64,000 bases of DNA from Scyliorhinus canicula (taxonomy: Eukaryota), in contig NC_052148.1 of the NCBI RefSeq assembly GCF_902713615.1, positions 123,723,755-123,787,754 on the forward strand, written 5' to 3'. Position 1 is the stretch's first letter; every line of letters starts with the position of its first letter. The notes under the pieces were generated by a model. That model made no database searches. It worked only from the letters and a program-made list of their open reading frames with translations, and had not been told where the DNA came from. Shown piece by piece: positions 37,860 to 50,978 of the stretch. The position numbers were made by a program, and so were the translations under genes.

Positions 37860-39812
37860 AAATGACAGACCACCTGGCATCAAACTAGGCACTGGAAATC
37901 ACAACAGCATACCTTGCTACCATCAACACTGAGTCAATGAGAAGTTTAGGGCAGTACACCAGGAGCAGCACCAGGCATACCGAAGAATGACGTGACAATC
38001 TGGTGATGCTACAACACAGGACTCCCTGCATGTCAAACAGGAACATACAAGTATTATTCCAGACACCTCCATCACCATCCTGAGTAATGACAGGACAGTG
38101 GTATACAGTCAGGAAGATGGTGTCCTCAACATTGAATCCAAACCCCACAAAATCTCATGGCATCAGACAAGGAAACCTCTCGCTGGTTACAACCTACTAT
38201 CCTCCCTCAGCTGATGAGTCATCGCTGCTTCATATTGAATACCACTTGGAAGAAGCACTGAGGGTCACAAGTCATATATGTACTCTGGTTGTGGGATTTC
38301 ATCAACAGTGACTGTCACTACTAACCAGGTCCTGAAGGAAATTCTGCTCAATTGGACCTGCAGAAAATGGTGATGGAAAACCTACTTGCCCTCGCCCTCA
38401 CCAATCTACCACAGATGCATCTGTCCACGACACTATTAATGGGAGTGACTAGTGCACAGACCTTGTGCAGTCAAAATCCATTGACAGACTGAGGATACCA
38501 TTTATCATGTAGTGGGCACTATCATCACAATGAGAAGTTTAGGGCAGTACACCAGGAGCAGCACCAGGCATACCGAAGAATGACGTGACAATCTGGTGAT
38601 GCTACAACACAGGACTCCCTGCATGTCAAACAGGAGAAGCTGCATGCAATGCATATAGTTAAGTAATCCCAAAACAAACGGACCAGATCTAAGTTCTGCA
38701 GCTTTGCCACATGCAGTCGTGAATCATGTTGGACAATCAATTAACCAAAGGAGGTCTCTCCACAAATAGCCCATCCACAATGATGGGGGGGTCCAGCACA
38801 TCTGTGAACAAGAGATGGATGAAATATTTGCAGCCAAAAGTGCTGAGTGGATGATCTACCTTGGTCAGCTCCCGAGGCCCCAGACATCACAGATTGCAGT
38901 CTTGCCAAATCGATATCACTCCACGTGATATTGAGAAATTGCTGAGGGCACTGGACACAGTAAAGGCTGTATACATGGACAAAGGTACCTGGCAATATCC
39001 CAACAGTAATACTGAAGACTTATATTCCAGGACAAGCCATACCCCTAGCCAATCTGCCCAACAATGTGAAAAATTGCCCATGTATGACCTGACCATAACA
39101 CATCTTATCTTGACAATTGCCACCCAATCTATCTACTCCATCATCAGCAAAATAATGGCATCAAGACAGCATTTGACTGAGTATGGCATCAAGGAGCCCG
39201 AGCAAAATTGAAGTCAATGGGAATCGGGGGGGAAGCTCTCCATTGCATTTAATTCTAACTAGCACAAAGGAAGATGGTGGTGATGGTTGGAGGCAAATCA
39301 GCTCAGTCACGGGACATCACTGGAGGAGTTCCTCAGGCATAACCTGTTGTATCATCAATGACCTTCCCTTCATCTTGGCTGCAGCTCCAACATCACTCAA
39401 GATGCTGAACACCATTGATACAAAACAACCCACTTTATTGGCACCCCATCCACCACCTTAAACATTTACTCTGTTCACTACCAGCCCACAATGGCAGCCG
39501 TGTGTATCATATACAAGATGCATTGCAGCAACTCGTCAAACCTTCTTTGATAGCACCTTCCAAACCTGCCACCTAAAAAGATGATTGCAGCAGATACATG
39601 GGATCTGAAAATTCCCCTCCCAGCCCACACAGCATTCTGACTTGGAAGTATGTCACCATTCCCTCACTGTCGCTGGGTCAAAGTCCCTTCCTAACAGTAC
39701 TGTGGGTGTACATACACCATGTGGACTGAAGAAGTTCAAGAAGACAGTCCTCCACCACCTTCTCAAGTGTAATTAGGGATGGGCAACAATTAGGGATGGC
39801 CCACATCCTGTG
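37860..39812 (+). mobile_element. Degenerate APE-type LINE (clade not determined); relatives at 59600-60430 and 61690-61890
   Basis: YPPSADESSLLHIEYHLEEALRV endonuclease remnant shared with ORF 59618..59830. Its 3' tail matches the SINE at 843-1215. Confidence 0.65.
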
Positions 39813-41688
39813 AAATAGTAATGTTTTTAAAAATGTCTGGAATTTATAACATTGGGGGATGATACGATTGAAGTTTCAAAGATATTAAGGGGAACAAGTA
39901 GGACCTGGAGACATATCTAACAAATAGAGCCAGTCTTTTTAGTTGTAAAATTAGGAAACACTTCCACATAAGGGTGATAGAAGTTTGGGACTTTCTTTCG
40001 TAAAAGACCATTGATGTTAGCTCAATTGTTCAGTTTAAATCTGAAATTGATAGATGTTTGTTAACCAAAGGAATTAAGACATATGGGAAAATGCAGGTCA
40101 TTGGAGTTAGTTCACAGATCAACTATGATCTCACTGAATGATGGAACAGGCTTGAGCATATTCCTGGTTCTATGTCCCTAAAAATTGCAAATTGTGTATT
40201 ATTTTTAATTAATTTACACAATGTGGGGGTTCCTGGCTGGACCAGTATTTATTGCCAATCCCTAGTTGCCCTCTATATTTGGACAGGATTTAATTTGGGC
40301 ACAAAGGCTCCAATAAATGTTGTATGAGGGATCAGGCATTAACAGCGCACTCAATATGGTTGTAAGATGCTAAGATTTTTGGGGATGTCCCTTATCATCT
40401 GTGAACCCAGAATTCATTTAAGCTCCAAGAATTTTTGGGGATGATAAATGTTGTATAGAGAAACTCACTGAATACAAATCAAGAACTAGTGCATATAGAC
40501 ACATTTGGATTGGGTTTTAACTGATAGTTCAGAACATTATAAATTTGCATTATTAAAAAATTGCAGGTGCTAGAAAACTGAACAAAGGTATGTACTTCAA
40601 GCATTCATCTCAAAGGTAAAATATACTGTATTAATCCAATTTAATTTAAACTCCTTTGATGGGGTAAAGCCAACATCAGAGGTGAGTAAAAAACGGTCAG
40701 GTCAGAATTAGATGGAAAATAATGAGGATATGTGAAAAGAAAGCTAATTTTAATGGGAGATTTCAATCAATCAAATACAACTTGTTTCAATATCGATATA
40801 ATGCAGACTGATTCAAGTGAAGCCATAAGGTACAATGCACACACATCTTGATATGGTAATGGTTAGTGACCCGTGTAATACACTTTGCAGACGAGGAACG
40901 TCACCAAAGACAAAACTAATCACAGGATAATAAAGTTCAATTAGATTTGGGATGCATTAATACAAAAGACCAACAACAATGACTGCAATTTTAAATACCC
41001 AACTTCAAGGGAAAATAAATAAATAAATAGGGTAGATTGTTTAACAGCTGCTCAGCGAAGGCTAGATCAAAGTTGCAGTAGAAGTGATTTTCAGCTGCCA
41101 GTCAGTCCACTCACGGGGAAAGGGAAAGTTGGAAAATCCAGCAGTTTCTCTGTGGAGTCAACATAAATAGGCTATTAAAGGAAAAGACGGAATGGAGAAA
41201 TGGAAGAAACTGGCAATGAATGAAAGATTTTTGTGGGGATAGCCGGAACATTCGGAATACTTAAAAATTATGCCAAGCATCACATAGCTGCTTCCCAACC
41301 CACTCCAAAATTGCAATGATCCAAGGCATTCTGACTTTTCCCTGGAATTATCCTACTTTTGGGGCCCTAACTTAATGATCATGACAAAATGGGACTGTTT
41401 CTTATAAAGTTAAAACCCTGCACATATCTCACATCATAGCCCTTAAGTGGAACTGAGGTTACAATTTGTTTAAACTACACTGGAATGCAATACTTCCAAC
41501 AATGAAAACTCAATCATACAGCTGATTATACATATTCACAACCGCATAACATAATGAAAAAAGATCTCTGTTTATAATTACCAATTTACATAAGAAATAA
41601 GTGATGGAGTAGGCCATTCCCCTCTTCGAGCCTGCTCTGTCATTCAATAAGGTCATAGCTGATCTTCTAATAATATTAATATTCATTT

Positions 41689-44600
41689 CGGCACGCGAGT
41701 ACTCTTTCTTCTCCCACGTACATAGGGTCTACTCTCGGATAGACTTCTTCGTGGTGAGTAGGGGACTGATTCCGAGAGTGGAGGAGGCCGAGTATTCGGC
41801 CATTGCAATCTCCGACCACGCTCCGCATTGGATAGAGTTGGAGATGGGGAGGTGCGGGACCAGCGCCCGTTGTGGCGGTTGGATGTGGGGTTGTTAGCGG
41901 AGGAGGAGGTGTGTAGGAGGGTCCGGGCAAGTATTGAGGGGTACCTCGAGGTGAATGATACGGGGGAGGTTCAGGTGGGGATGGTCTGGGAAGCCCTGAA
42001 GGCAGTGATTCGTGGGGAGCTGATATCCATCCGGGCACACAGGGAGAGGAGCGAGAGGAGTGAGAGGGATAGACTGGTGGGAAAGATGCTGGAGGTAGAC
42101 AGGAGGTACGCAGAGGCACCAGAGGAGGGACTGTTGGGGGAGAGGCGCAGCCTGCAGGCTAAATTTGATCTGCTGACCACTAGAAAGGCGGAGGCACAGT
42201 GGAGGAAGGCACAAGGGGCAGTGTACGAACATGGTGAAAAGGCAAGTAGGATGCTGGCTCATCAGCTCCGCAAGCGGGATGCGGCTAAGGAAATTGCTGG
42301 AGTGAGAGACAAGAGTGGGAATGTGGTGCGGAAGGGGGTAGAGGTGAATGAGGTCTTCAAGGACTTTTACGGGGAACTGTACCGGTCGGAGAAAACGGGG
42401 GAGAGGAGGGGAATGGAGAGGTTCCTCGACGGGCTTACTTTCCCGAAGGTGCAGGAGGAGAAGGTGGAGGGGTTGGGTGCGCCGATTGAGCTGGAGGAGC
42501 TAGTTAAGGGGATCGGGCAGATGCAGTCAGGGAAGGCACCGGGGCCGGATGGGTTCCCGGTGGAATTTTATAAAAAGTTTGTGGACCTAGTGGGCCCCTT
42601 ACTGGTGCGGACACTCAATGAAGCGTGGGAAGGGGGGACTTTGCCCCCGACGATGTCGCGGGCGCTGATCTCATTAATTTTAAAGAGGGACAAGGACCCC
42701 CAGCAGTGTGGTTCATACAGGCCCATATCTCTCCTCAACGTGGATGCTAAGGTGCTGGCAAAAAATCCTGGCCATCTGGATAGAGGACTGTGTGCCAGGG
42801 GTTGTGCACAAGGACCAGACAGGATTTGTGAAGGGAAGGCAGCTGAACACGAATGTGCGGAGATTGTTGAATGTCATCATGATGCCGGCGATTGAGGGGG
42901 AGGCAGAGATAGTGGTGGCGCTGGATGCGGAGAAGGCCTTCGATAGAGTGGAGTGGGGGTACCTATGGGAGGTGTTGGGGAGGTTTGGATTTGGTTAAGG
43001 GTTCATTAGATGGGTAAGGCTGCTATATGAGGCCCCGATGGCGTGCGTGGCCATGAATGGGAGGAGGTCGGAGTACTTCCGGCTTTACCGAGGACCAGGC
43101 AGGGTTGCCCCCGTCCCCCTTGTTGTTTGCACTGGCAATCGAGCCGCTGGCGATGGCGTTGAGGGATTCAGAGAGGTGGAGAGGCTTGGTGCGAGGTGGG
43201 GCGGAACATAGGGTGTCGTTGTATGCCGATGACCTGTTACTGTATGTGGCGGACCCGGTGGGAGGGATGCCGGGGTTGATGGAGCTGCTAGCTGAGTTTG
43301 GGACCTTTTCAGGTTATAAATTAAATTTAGGCAAGAGTGAGGTGTTTGTGCTGCACCCTGGAGACCAGGAGGAAGGAATTGGTAGGCTCCCGCTTAGGAG
43401 GGCAGGGGAGAGCTTTAGGTACCTGGGGGTGCAGGTGGCCAGGGACTGGGGGACTCTTCACAAACATAATTTCACCAGACTTGTAGATCAGATGGAGGAG
43501 GAGTTCAAGAGGTGGGACATGCTGCCATTGTCGTTGGCGGGGAGGGTACAGTCCGTCAAAATGACGGTGCTTCCGAGGTTCTTGTTCCTCTTTCAGTGCC
43601 TGCCCATCTTTATCCCCAGGGCCTTCTTTAGGAGAGTGACTAGCAGTATTTTGAGCTTTGTGTGGGCACATGGGACTCCGAGAGTGAAGAGTGTGTTCCT
43701 GGAGCGAGGGAGGGATAGAGGCGGGCTGGCGCTGCCCAACCTTCTGTGGTACTATTGGGCGGCCAATGTGTCAATGGTACGTAAATGGGTGATGGAGGGG
43801 GGAGGGGTGGCGTGGAAAAGAATGGAGATGGCGTCATGTAGAGGTACGAGCCTGGGTGCCATGGTAACGGCGCCGTTGCCGCTCTCCCCTAAGAGGTTTA
43901 CTACGAGCCCGGTGGTGGCGGCGACCCTAAGAATCTGGGACAGTGGAGATGGCATCGGGGGCTCCACTGGGTGGCAATCATCGGTTCATCCCAGGGAACA
44001 AGGATCGGGATTTAGGGGGTGGCAAAGGGCGGGCATCAGTAAATTGATAGACCTGTTTATTGGTGGGAGGTTTGCGGGCCTGGGGGAACTGGAAGATAAA
44101 TTTGGGCTTCCCCAAGGGAACATGTTCAGATACTTGCAGGTAAAGGTGTTTGCTAGGCGACAGGTAGAGGGATTCCCTCTGCTGCCCTCGCGGGGGACGA
44201 TGGACAGAGTGCTTTCGGGGGTGTGGGTCAGAGAGGGGGAGGTGTCTGACATCTATAAGGTAATGCAGGAGGTAGAGGAGTCGTCAGTGGAGGAGCTGAA
44301 GGCTAAATGGGAGGAGGAACTTGGGGAGCAGATAGAGGACGGGACTTGGGCGGATGCCTTGGAGAGAGTCAACTCTTCCTCCTCATGTGCGAGGCTTAGT
44401 CTCATCCAATTTAAGGTGCTGCACCGGGCCCACATGTCCGGGACTAGGATGAGTAGGTTCTTCGGGGGTGAGGACAGGTGCACCAGATGTTCGGGGAGTC
44501 CAGCGAACCACGCCCATATGTTCTGGACATGCCCAGCACTGGAAGAATTCTGGAAGGGGGTGGCAGGGATGGTGTCGAGGGTGGTTGGATCCAGGGTCAA

Positions 44601-45101
44601 ACCAGGGTGGGGACTCGCGATGTTTGGAGTTGCGGTAGAGCCGGGAGTGCAGGAGGCGAAAGAGGCCGGTGTCCTGGCCTTTGCGTCCCTAGTAGCCCGA
44701 CGAAGGATCCTGCTACAGTGGAAGGATGCGAGGCCCCCAAGTATGGAGACCTGGATCAGTGACATGGCGGGATTTATAAAATTGGAAAGGGTCAAATTTG
44801 CCCTGAGAGGATCAATACAAGGGTTCTATAAACGATGGCAGCCTTTTCTGGACTTCCTGGCTCAAAGATAGGTATCTTGGTCAATAGCAGCAGCAACCCG
44901 GGGGGAGGTGTTCCTTATTGTAGTTTCTATTCTGTAATTTAATATTGTGTTAATTTGCATTGCTGTTAAAATGCTGTGTTGTTCATGGAGGTGGGGCAAA
45001 TGTTTATGATTGCTAATATTATTGTTATTTTTGGTATTTTACTATGGTGTGTTATTGTTGTATAAATTCAAAATTTTTCAATAAAAATTATTTAAAAAAA
45101 A
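41689..45101 (+). mobile_element. 5'-truncated L1/Tx1-type LINE in SLC10A4 intron 2
   Basis: ORF2 pieces contain KAPGPDG, YRPISLLN, DAEKAFDRV and YADD. AATAAA plus A tail. 14-bp TSD ATTAATATTCATTT at 41675-41688 and 45102-45115. Confidence 0.95.
41828..44871 (+). pseudogene. L1/Tx1 ORF2 (reverse transcriptase), frameshifted
   Basis: Three consecutive ORFs: 41828..42895, 42708..42998 and 43057..44871. Confidence 0.9.
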
Positions 45102-46175
45102 ATTAATATTCATTTGTGTCACAAGTAGGCTTACATTATCACTGCAATGAAGTTACTGTGAAAGTCCCCTAGTCGCCACACTACAGCTGGCACCTATTTG
45201 GGTACACTGAAGGAGAATTCAGAATGTCCAATTCACCTAACAGCATGTCTTTTGGGACTTGTGGGAGGAAACTGGAGCGCCCGGGGGAAACTCAGGCAGA
45301 CACGGGAGAACGTGCAGACTCCACACAGACAGTGACCCAAGCCGGGAATCAAACCTGGGACCCTGGTGCTGTGAAGCAACAGTGCTAACCACAGTGTTAC
45401 CGTGTCACCCATACCCCATATCTACCTTCATATACAATCCCCATTATCCCTTAATTCCCTCAACATTCAAAAATCTATCATCTCTGTTTCTAACACACTC
45501 AACGACGGAGCATCCAGAACTCTGGGATATTCCAATTCCAAAGGTTAACCACTACTTGAGTGAAGAAACTTTTGCACTTCTCAGTTTTGCAAGTCTGACT
45601 CCTTATTCTGAAAGTGGAATTCAGGTTTTAGTTTCTCCAACCAGGGGAAGCATTCTACCAGAATCTTCCCCATCAAGCCCCTTAAGAATTTTACACTGTC
45701 TGCTTCAACAAGATCTCCTCATATTCTTCTTAATTCAAGATAACTTAGGCCAAGTCTACTCAATATCTTCCCAGAGGATATGTCTATAATCCATCTAATG
45801 AATCTTCATCGCACTCCATTCAGGAGTATGTCCTTCCTTAGGTGAGGGGACCAAAACTATATACAGTTTTCCAGGCATGATCTCATTAAGCCCCTAATAG
45901 CTGTAGCCTTTTTCATTTTTTCTACAAAGAGATTATTGTTGAGACTAATATACCATTTGAATCTATGCAGTTTCCCATTTCTGTAGCTATGTGATATAGG
46001 CATTTGAGGATTTCCATCCTGTAGGTTACTTTGAAGTGTTCACTTGCGCCACATTCAATTTCTTCTCTTCAAAGCTTTTGGAGTAGGGTATGTTATTTAT
46101 ACTCACAATAAACAATGGTAGTATTTACCAGATTTTCTAATAATGAATTCAGGAAAATTATAAACTTCTAACATA

Positions 46176-46460
46176 ATGTGGTTAGTACTGTTGCTTCACA
46201 ACACCAGGACCCCGGGTTTGATTCCCGGTTTGGGTCACTGTCTGCGCAGTGTCTGCACGTTCTCCCTGTGCCTGAGTGGGTTTCCTCCGGGTGCTCCGGT
46301 TTCCTCCCACAAATCCCGAAAGACGTGCTGTTAAGTGAATAGGACATTCTGAGTTCTCCCTCTGTGTACCTCAACAGGCGCCGAAATGTGGCTACTAGGG
46401 GATTTTCACAGTAACTTCATTGCAATCTTAATGTAAGCCTACTTGTGACAATAATAAAGG
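46176..46460 (+). mobile_element. tRNA-SINE with cacagtaacttcattg..gcctacttgtgaca tail; relatives at 15060-15212(+) and 45116-45410(-)
   Basis: Shared head and tail sequence among the copies. Confidence 0.8.
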
Positions 46461-48221
46461 TTATTATTGTTATTAATCGTGGAAGTGGTAATATCAAAGG
46501 AATAAAATGGCTTTATGATGTAGTTAAACACACATTTCTCAGTAAAGTCCAGAAATGAAACTTGCAATTGCAATGTTTTAGAAAAAGCAGAAGTTATGTT
46601 TACCCCATGTGGAAGTGAAATGAAGAAGTCTCCAAATAAAGGTTTGAACCAAGTAACCACTTTACAGTAAGAGAACTTTGAGCCTTATAAACAATTGTAA
46701 TGCACTGACCTGAATATCTATTTTGCTTTTTATTCCCAATAACCTCCAGCCAGGAGAACACCACTCAAAGGCAGGTGAGATTTTTTACAGTAGTTTTTTA
46801 TATCAACCATTAAGATAACATAGTGTTATTTACCAGAATCACATAAATAGATAGTGTATCTCTTTAAATCTTATCCAAAGGACAGAACCACGAATTGCAC
46901 TGGATGTCAGCAGAAATTATGCAGACAATCTGTCATGGCTCTTAAACTCACAACCTCCCGAGTCAGTGACACAATCTGTATTGGTACTCTATCCTTTGGT
47001 ATAAACTTTGGTATTGTTCTTGGTATTTCTCAACAGTGAAGGAAATATTAACATTATGTTTAAATCTTTGTTTGCACTTAATATATTAGACTTCCACACC
47101 AGACAATTGTGATTGAGACCTGACGCAGGACTCATTTGAAGGAGGTTAATACAGAGCTACAGTTAAAGTAATTGTACTCAGGTAAAATTTATGTTAGAGC
47201 ACCATCTCTTGCATTGGTGCAAAGTAGTTTTGATGCACATTGATGGGAATTGTTACCAACAATGACTTCTGAACACATCAAAGCAAAGCAGGGATGAACC
47301 CTCTCCTAAAGTGCTATTTCACACCACTTGAATTTCACACAACAGTCAAAAACATGTTTGAAAAAATCCTTTGGGTCACCTAGGCATCTTATAAAACTAG
47401 TACGGAGTGTTTTAATACTGTGACAAAACACTCTTCCCAGGATGAACGATTAGCTGTTGGGGAGTTAAATGTCACACTTCCATTCGCCAAGCATATAAAT
47501 GTATGCAGCTCCCCCCTGACAAAGCAGAGTGTGAATGCAACTGGCCAAAATTCCAAAACTGTTTTCGAAGAAGGGTCCATGCACAAAGCATTAACTGGCT
47601 TGTTCTCTCCACTGTTGCTGCCTGACCCACTCAGTGTTTCCAAAAAGTCAAATGTTTTTTTCAGATCTCAATTATCTGTGCTTTCTGCTCTCAATGTTCA
47701 CTCGATGAGTTGGGTTTGAGAGCACAGGTCTTTTGAGAGACCGGTAAGTGGCATAATATTGTAAGATCTATTTGTCCTGTTACTTTTGTATTGCAAATCC
47801 CACTGGACTAAATTGAAGTCTCCATGTGTCAATTTAAATCGGCAATATATTGGAAAGAAAATTCTATAAAAACACGAGCAAGTCCCAATAAAATTTAAAT
47901 CTTTAGTTAGGACACTTTTCTAAAAATACATTACCATGTAATTGTGCTGGTTGGACGAATAGCTAATCAGGTCTGCTGGGGGTGAGATGATATCTCAAAT
48001 CTGATATCAGATCTGCTATGAGTCAAGCCTTTAAATGCAGGCATTGCAGACTGTCATTTTTAATATGTATATATATATATATATTCTGCTTTTGTCAATG
48101 TTCACATGATCAAATCATCTTTACTAATTCTGATCCATATTTGAATTTCATGCGATTTACTATGTTGTTTGATTTATTCAGAAGGGGAACGCTTCTGATT
48201 TTTGACACTAAAGTAAAAGCA

Positions 48222-48435
48222 TAATACAACAGATGCTGGAATCAGTAAAATAAACAGAAAATGCTGGAAAACCTCAGCAAGTCTGGCAGCACGGTGGAGA
48301 GAGAAACAGAGTTAATGTTTCGAGTCGCATATGTCTGAAGAAGAGTTATATGGATTCAAAATATTAACTCTATTTTCTCTCTCCACAATCACTGCCAGAT
48401 TTGCTGTGTTTTTCAAGCATTTTCTGTTTTTTCTG
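48222..48435. mobile_element. Palindromic (inverted pseudo-LTR) Penelope-derived repeat
   Basis: Arms at about 48252-48326 and 48352-48430 are reverse complements. Single-arm relatives occur at 61560-61695 and about 15-80. Confidence 0.65.
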
Positions 48436-48538
48436 ATTTTTGAGCGTGCACTGGTTGAACAGACGATGGTTTTGAACAATCTTGACAGGGAGTTATGCGA
48501 GGGCAGACACTGCAATCTGCACATTCTGGTCACTGTAC

Positions 48539-48749
48539 CTTGAGCAGAAAGTCTGCTGCTCTGATGTATCTGTGTCGGATAAACACACCCAGCCCAATCG
48601 GGAGTAAAGTGCAGCACAGGGTCAGGGTTATTGCACCAAAGGGCATGAGCTCAACCACAGGGGTATTAATCCAAGCTCGGCTGTAAATCCACAGACACAA
48701 GGGCATCAGTAGCAGGGCCATTAACGTGGAGGAGATAGTCATGATTATA
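48539..48749 (-). CDS. SLC10A4: SLC10A4 exon 2 (IIMTISSTL...ADFLLK)
   Basis: 211 nt with ttttag| and |gtacag boundaries, phase-compatible with exons 1 and 3. Confidence 0.95.
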
Positions 48750-48939
48750 CTAAAAGGAAGGAAAAGAAGAAACAGATTAGACAAACGCTACAGTCTGTAG
48801 GCTCAGCACAGGCCAGTCACTGCACTGCGGTTTATTCACTACTTCTACAGGGCCATCCTCAATCGAGGGGGAGCTTGGACCCCATCGTTCATTCACCACA
48901 TTCAGTCCGGTTTCTCAGACAGCAGCTTCACTCTTGTTC

Positions 48940-49760
48940 ACTACCCATCCCTACCAGCATCCTACCCTCACGCCCACCAACACTCTCCCTCACCCTCACC
49001 GCATACCCTCCCTCACCGCACCCCACACCCTCCCTCACTTCCACCCCACACCCTTCCTCACCCTTCACCACATACCCTCCCTCACCCCCACCCAAAACTC
49101 TCCCTCACCCCACCCCACATCCTCCCTCACCCCTATCCTGCACCTGCACTCACCCCATGCCCCACCTATACCCTCCCTCATGCCCACACCATACACTCCG
49201 TCACCCCCACCCCATACGCTCGTCATCCCCACCCAAAACCCTCCTTCACCTTCACCGCATACCCTCCATCACCCCCACCCCACACCGTCCCTCAGCCCCA
49301 ACCCACCCCCTCCCACACCTCCTTCCCACACCCTCCCTACGTTCTCACCACTTCCCCACCCCATACCCTCCCCCACCCCATCCACATCCCCATCCCATGC
49401 CCTCCCTCGCTCCCACCCCATATCCTCCCTCACCCCACCCCACTCCCTTTCTCACCCCACCCCATACCCTCCTCAACCACTCCCACACCCCCACCCCACA
49501 ACCTCCCTCACTCCCATCTCATTCCTTCCCCCACCCCATACCCTCCCATACCCCATCCCACACCCTCCCTCACCCCCACCCCATACCGTCCCTCACACTC
49601 CACTCCCTCCCACACCCCGTCCCACACCCTCCCTCACCCCCATCCCACTCCCTCCCTCACCCTCACCCCATCCCACTCCCTCCACCACCTCCATCCCATT
49701 CCTCCCCCACCAACATCCCATTCCCTCCCCCACCCCCACCCCATTCCCACCCTCACCTGC
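48940..49760. repeat. C-rich low-complexity repeat in SLC10A4 intron 1
   Basis: Degenerate ccctccctcacccc/ccccatac units with almost no G on the plus strand. Confidence 0.9.
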
Positions 49761-49953
49761 GGACTCATCTCGCCTCTTACCCCCGCTCCGATGCTATTCC
49801 CGCTCATTAAATGGAGAGGGCGTTTTTAACTTTTCAGTTGCATTAATTTTCCTCAGTAGTTTCCAGGCGGCCGGATTCCATGTGGATGGCGGGTTTGTGA
49901 GGTGACTGACTCGCTGCTCCTGCTCCCTGAAGCGCGGCACTGGAGTTTCTTAC

Positions 49954-50435
49954 CTGAGGTTCATATCGCCGTCGACCAACAGACACATGATGTTGGAGAG
50001 GTTTCCACCCGGGCAGCAGCCACACAGCAGCACGGCCACCGCGGCCACTTCACCCAGAGACATGACCAGGGCCAAGAGGAAGGCAACCAGGGGCATGATC
50101 ACAAACTGCGAGATGGCGGCCAGCAGGACTCCCACCGGTCTCCCCAGGTGATAACCCAGCCGGCTGGTCTCCACCGTGCAGCCCAGGCCCAGCATAGTGA
50201 GACACAGGACCGCCCCCACCAGCACATTGACGCCTTGGTTGAGGGCAGAGTCCGGGCTCACATGGGGCAGCTCACTCGGGGCAACGCCGCTAAGGGTGGG
50301 GGCCTCCTGGCTCCACAGGCTGGCCGTACTGCTGAGGTTCACAGCACCGCTGTCATAGTCATCTGTCCAATTCACAGTACCCCACACAGCAGATGGGACC
50401 CAAGTAACATTTCTGACTGAAGTGGAGTTCTCCAT
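49954..50435 (-). CDS. SLC10A4: SLC10A4 exon 1
   Basis: ORF 49950..50435 has the sodium/bile acid symporter motifs MLGLGC and CPGGNLSN. Donor AG|gtaag, phase 2. Confidence 0.93.
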
Positions 50436-50454
50436 CTGTGTGAGCTGCAGTTAG

Positions 50455-50945
50455 CTCTCTCTCTCTGTCCCTTTCTCTGTCCCTCCTTCTCTGTGTCCCT
50501 CTCTCTGTCACTCTCTGCCCCTCTCCCTCTGTCCCTCTCTCTGCCCCTCACTCTGTCCCTCTCCCACTCTCTCTGCCCCTCTGTCACTCTCTGTCCCTCT
50601 CCCTCTCTCTCTGCCCCTCTCTCTCTCTCTCTGCCCCTCTCTCGGTCCCTCTCCCTCTCTCTGCCCCTCTCTCTGTCACTCTCTGCCCCTCTCCCTCTCT
50701 CTCTGCCCCACTCTCTGTCCCTCTCTCTGTCACTCTCTCTGTCCCGCTCTCTCTGTCCCTCTCCCTCTCTCTCTGTCCCTCTCTCTGTCCCTTTGTATCC
50801 CTCTGCCTCTCTCTCTGTCACTCTCTATGACCCTCTCTCTCTGTCACTGTCCCTCTCTCTGTGCACCTCTCTCTGTCCCTCTCTCTCTCTCTGTCCCTCT
50901 CCGCCTCTCTCTCTGTCCCTCTCCTCCTCTCCCTCTCTCTGTGCT
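50455..50945. repeat. (CT)-rich polypyrimidine/polypurine repeat directly upstream of the SLC10A4 ATG
   Basis: ctctctgtcc/ctctctgccc units over about 490 bp. Confidence 0.92.
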
Positions 50946-50971
50946 TCACACTCCCCTCCACATTCACTGTA

Positions 50972-50978
50972 TTTTATA
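50972..50978 (-). promoter_or_regulatory. Candidate TATA box of SLC10A4 (TATAAAA)
   Basis: Consensus TATA about 30 nt upstream of the GA-rich tract that runs down to the ATG. Confidence 0.4.

Noticed and set aside
48875-49905. Long Pro/His-rich ORFs
   Set aside because: By-products of C-rich low-complexity intronic sequence antisense to SLC10A4.
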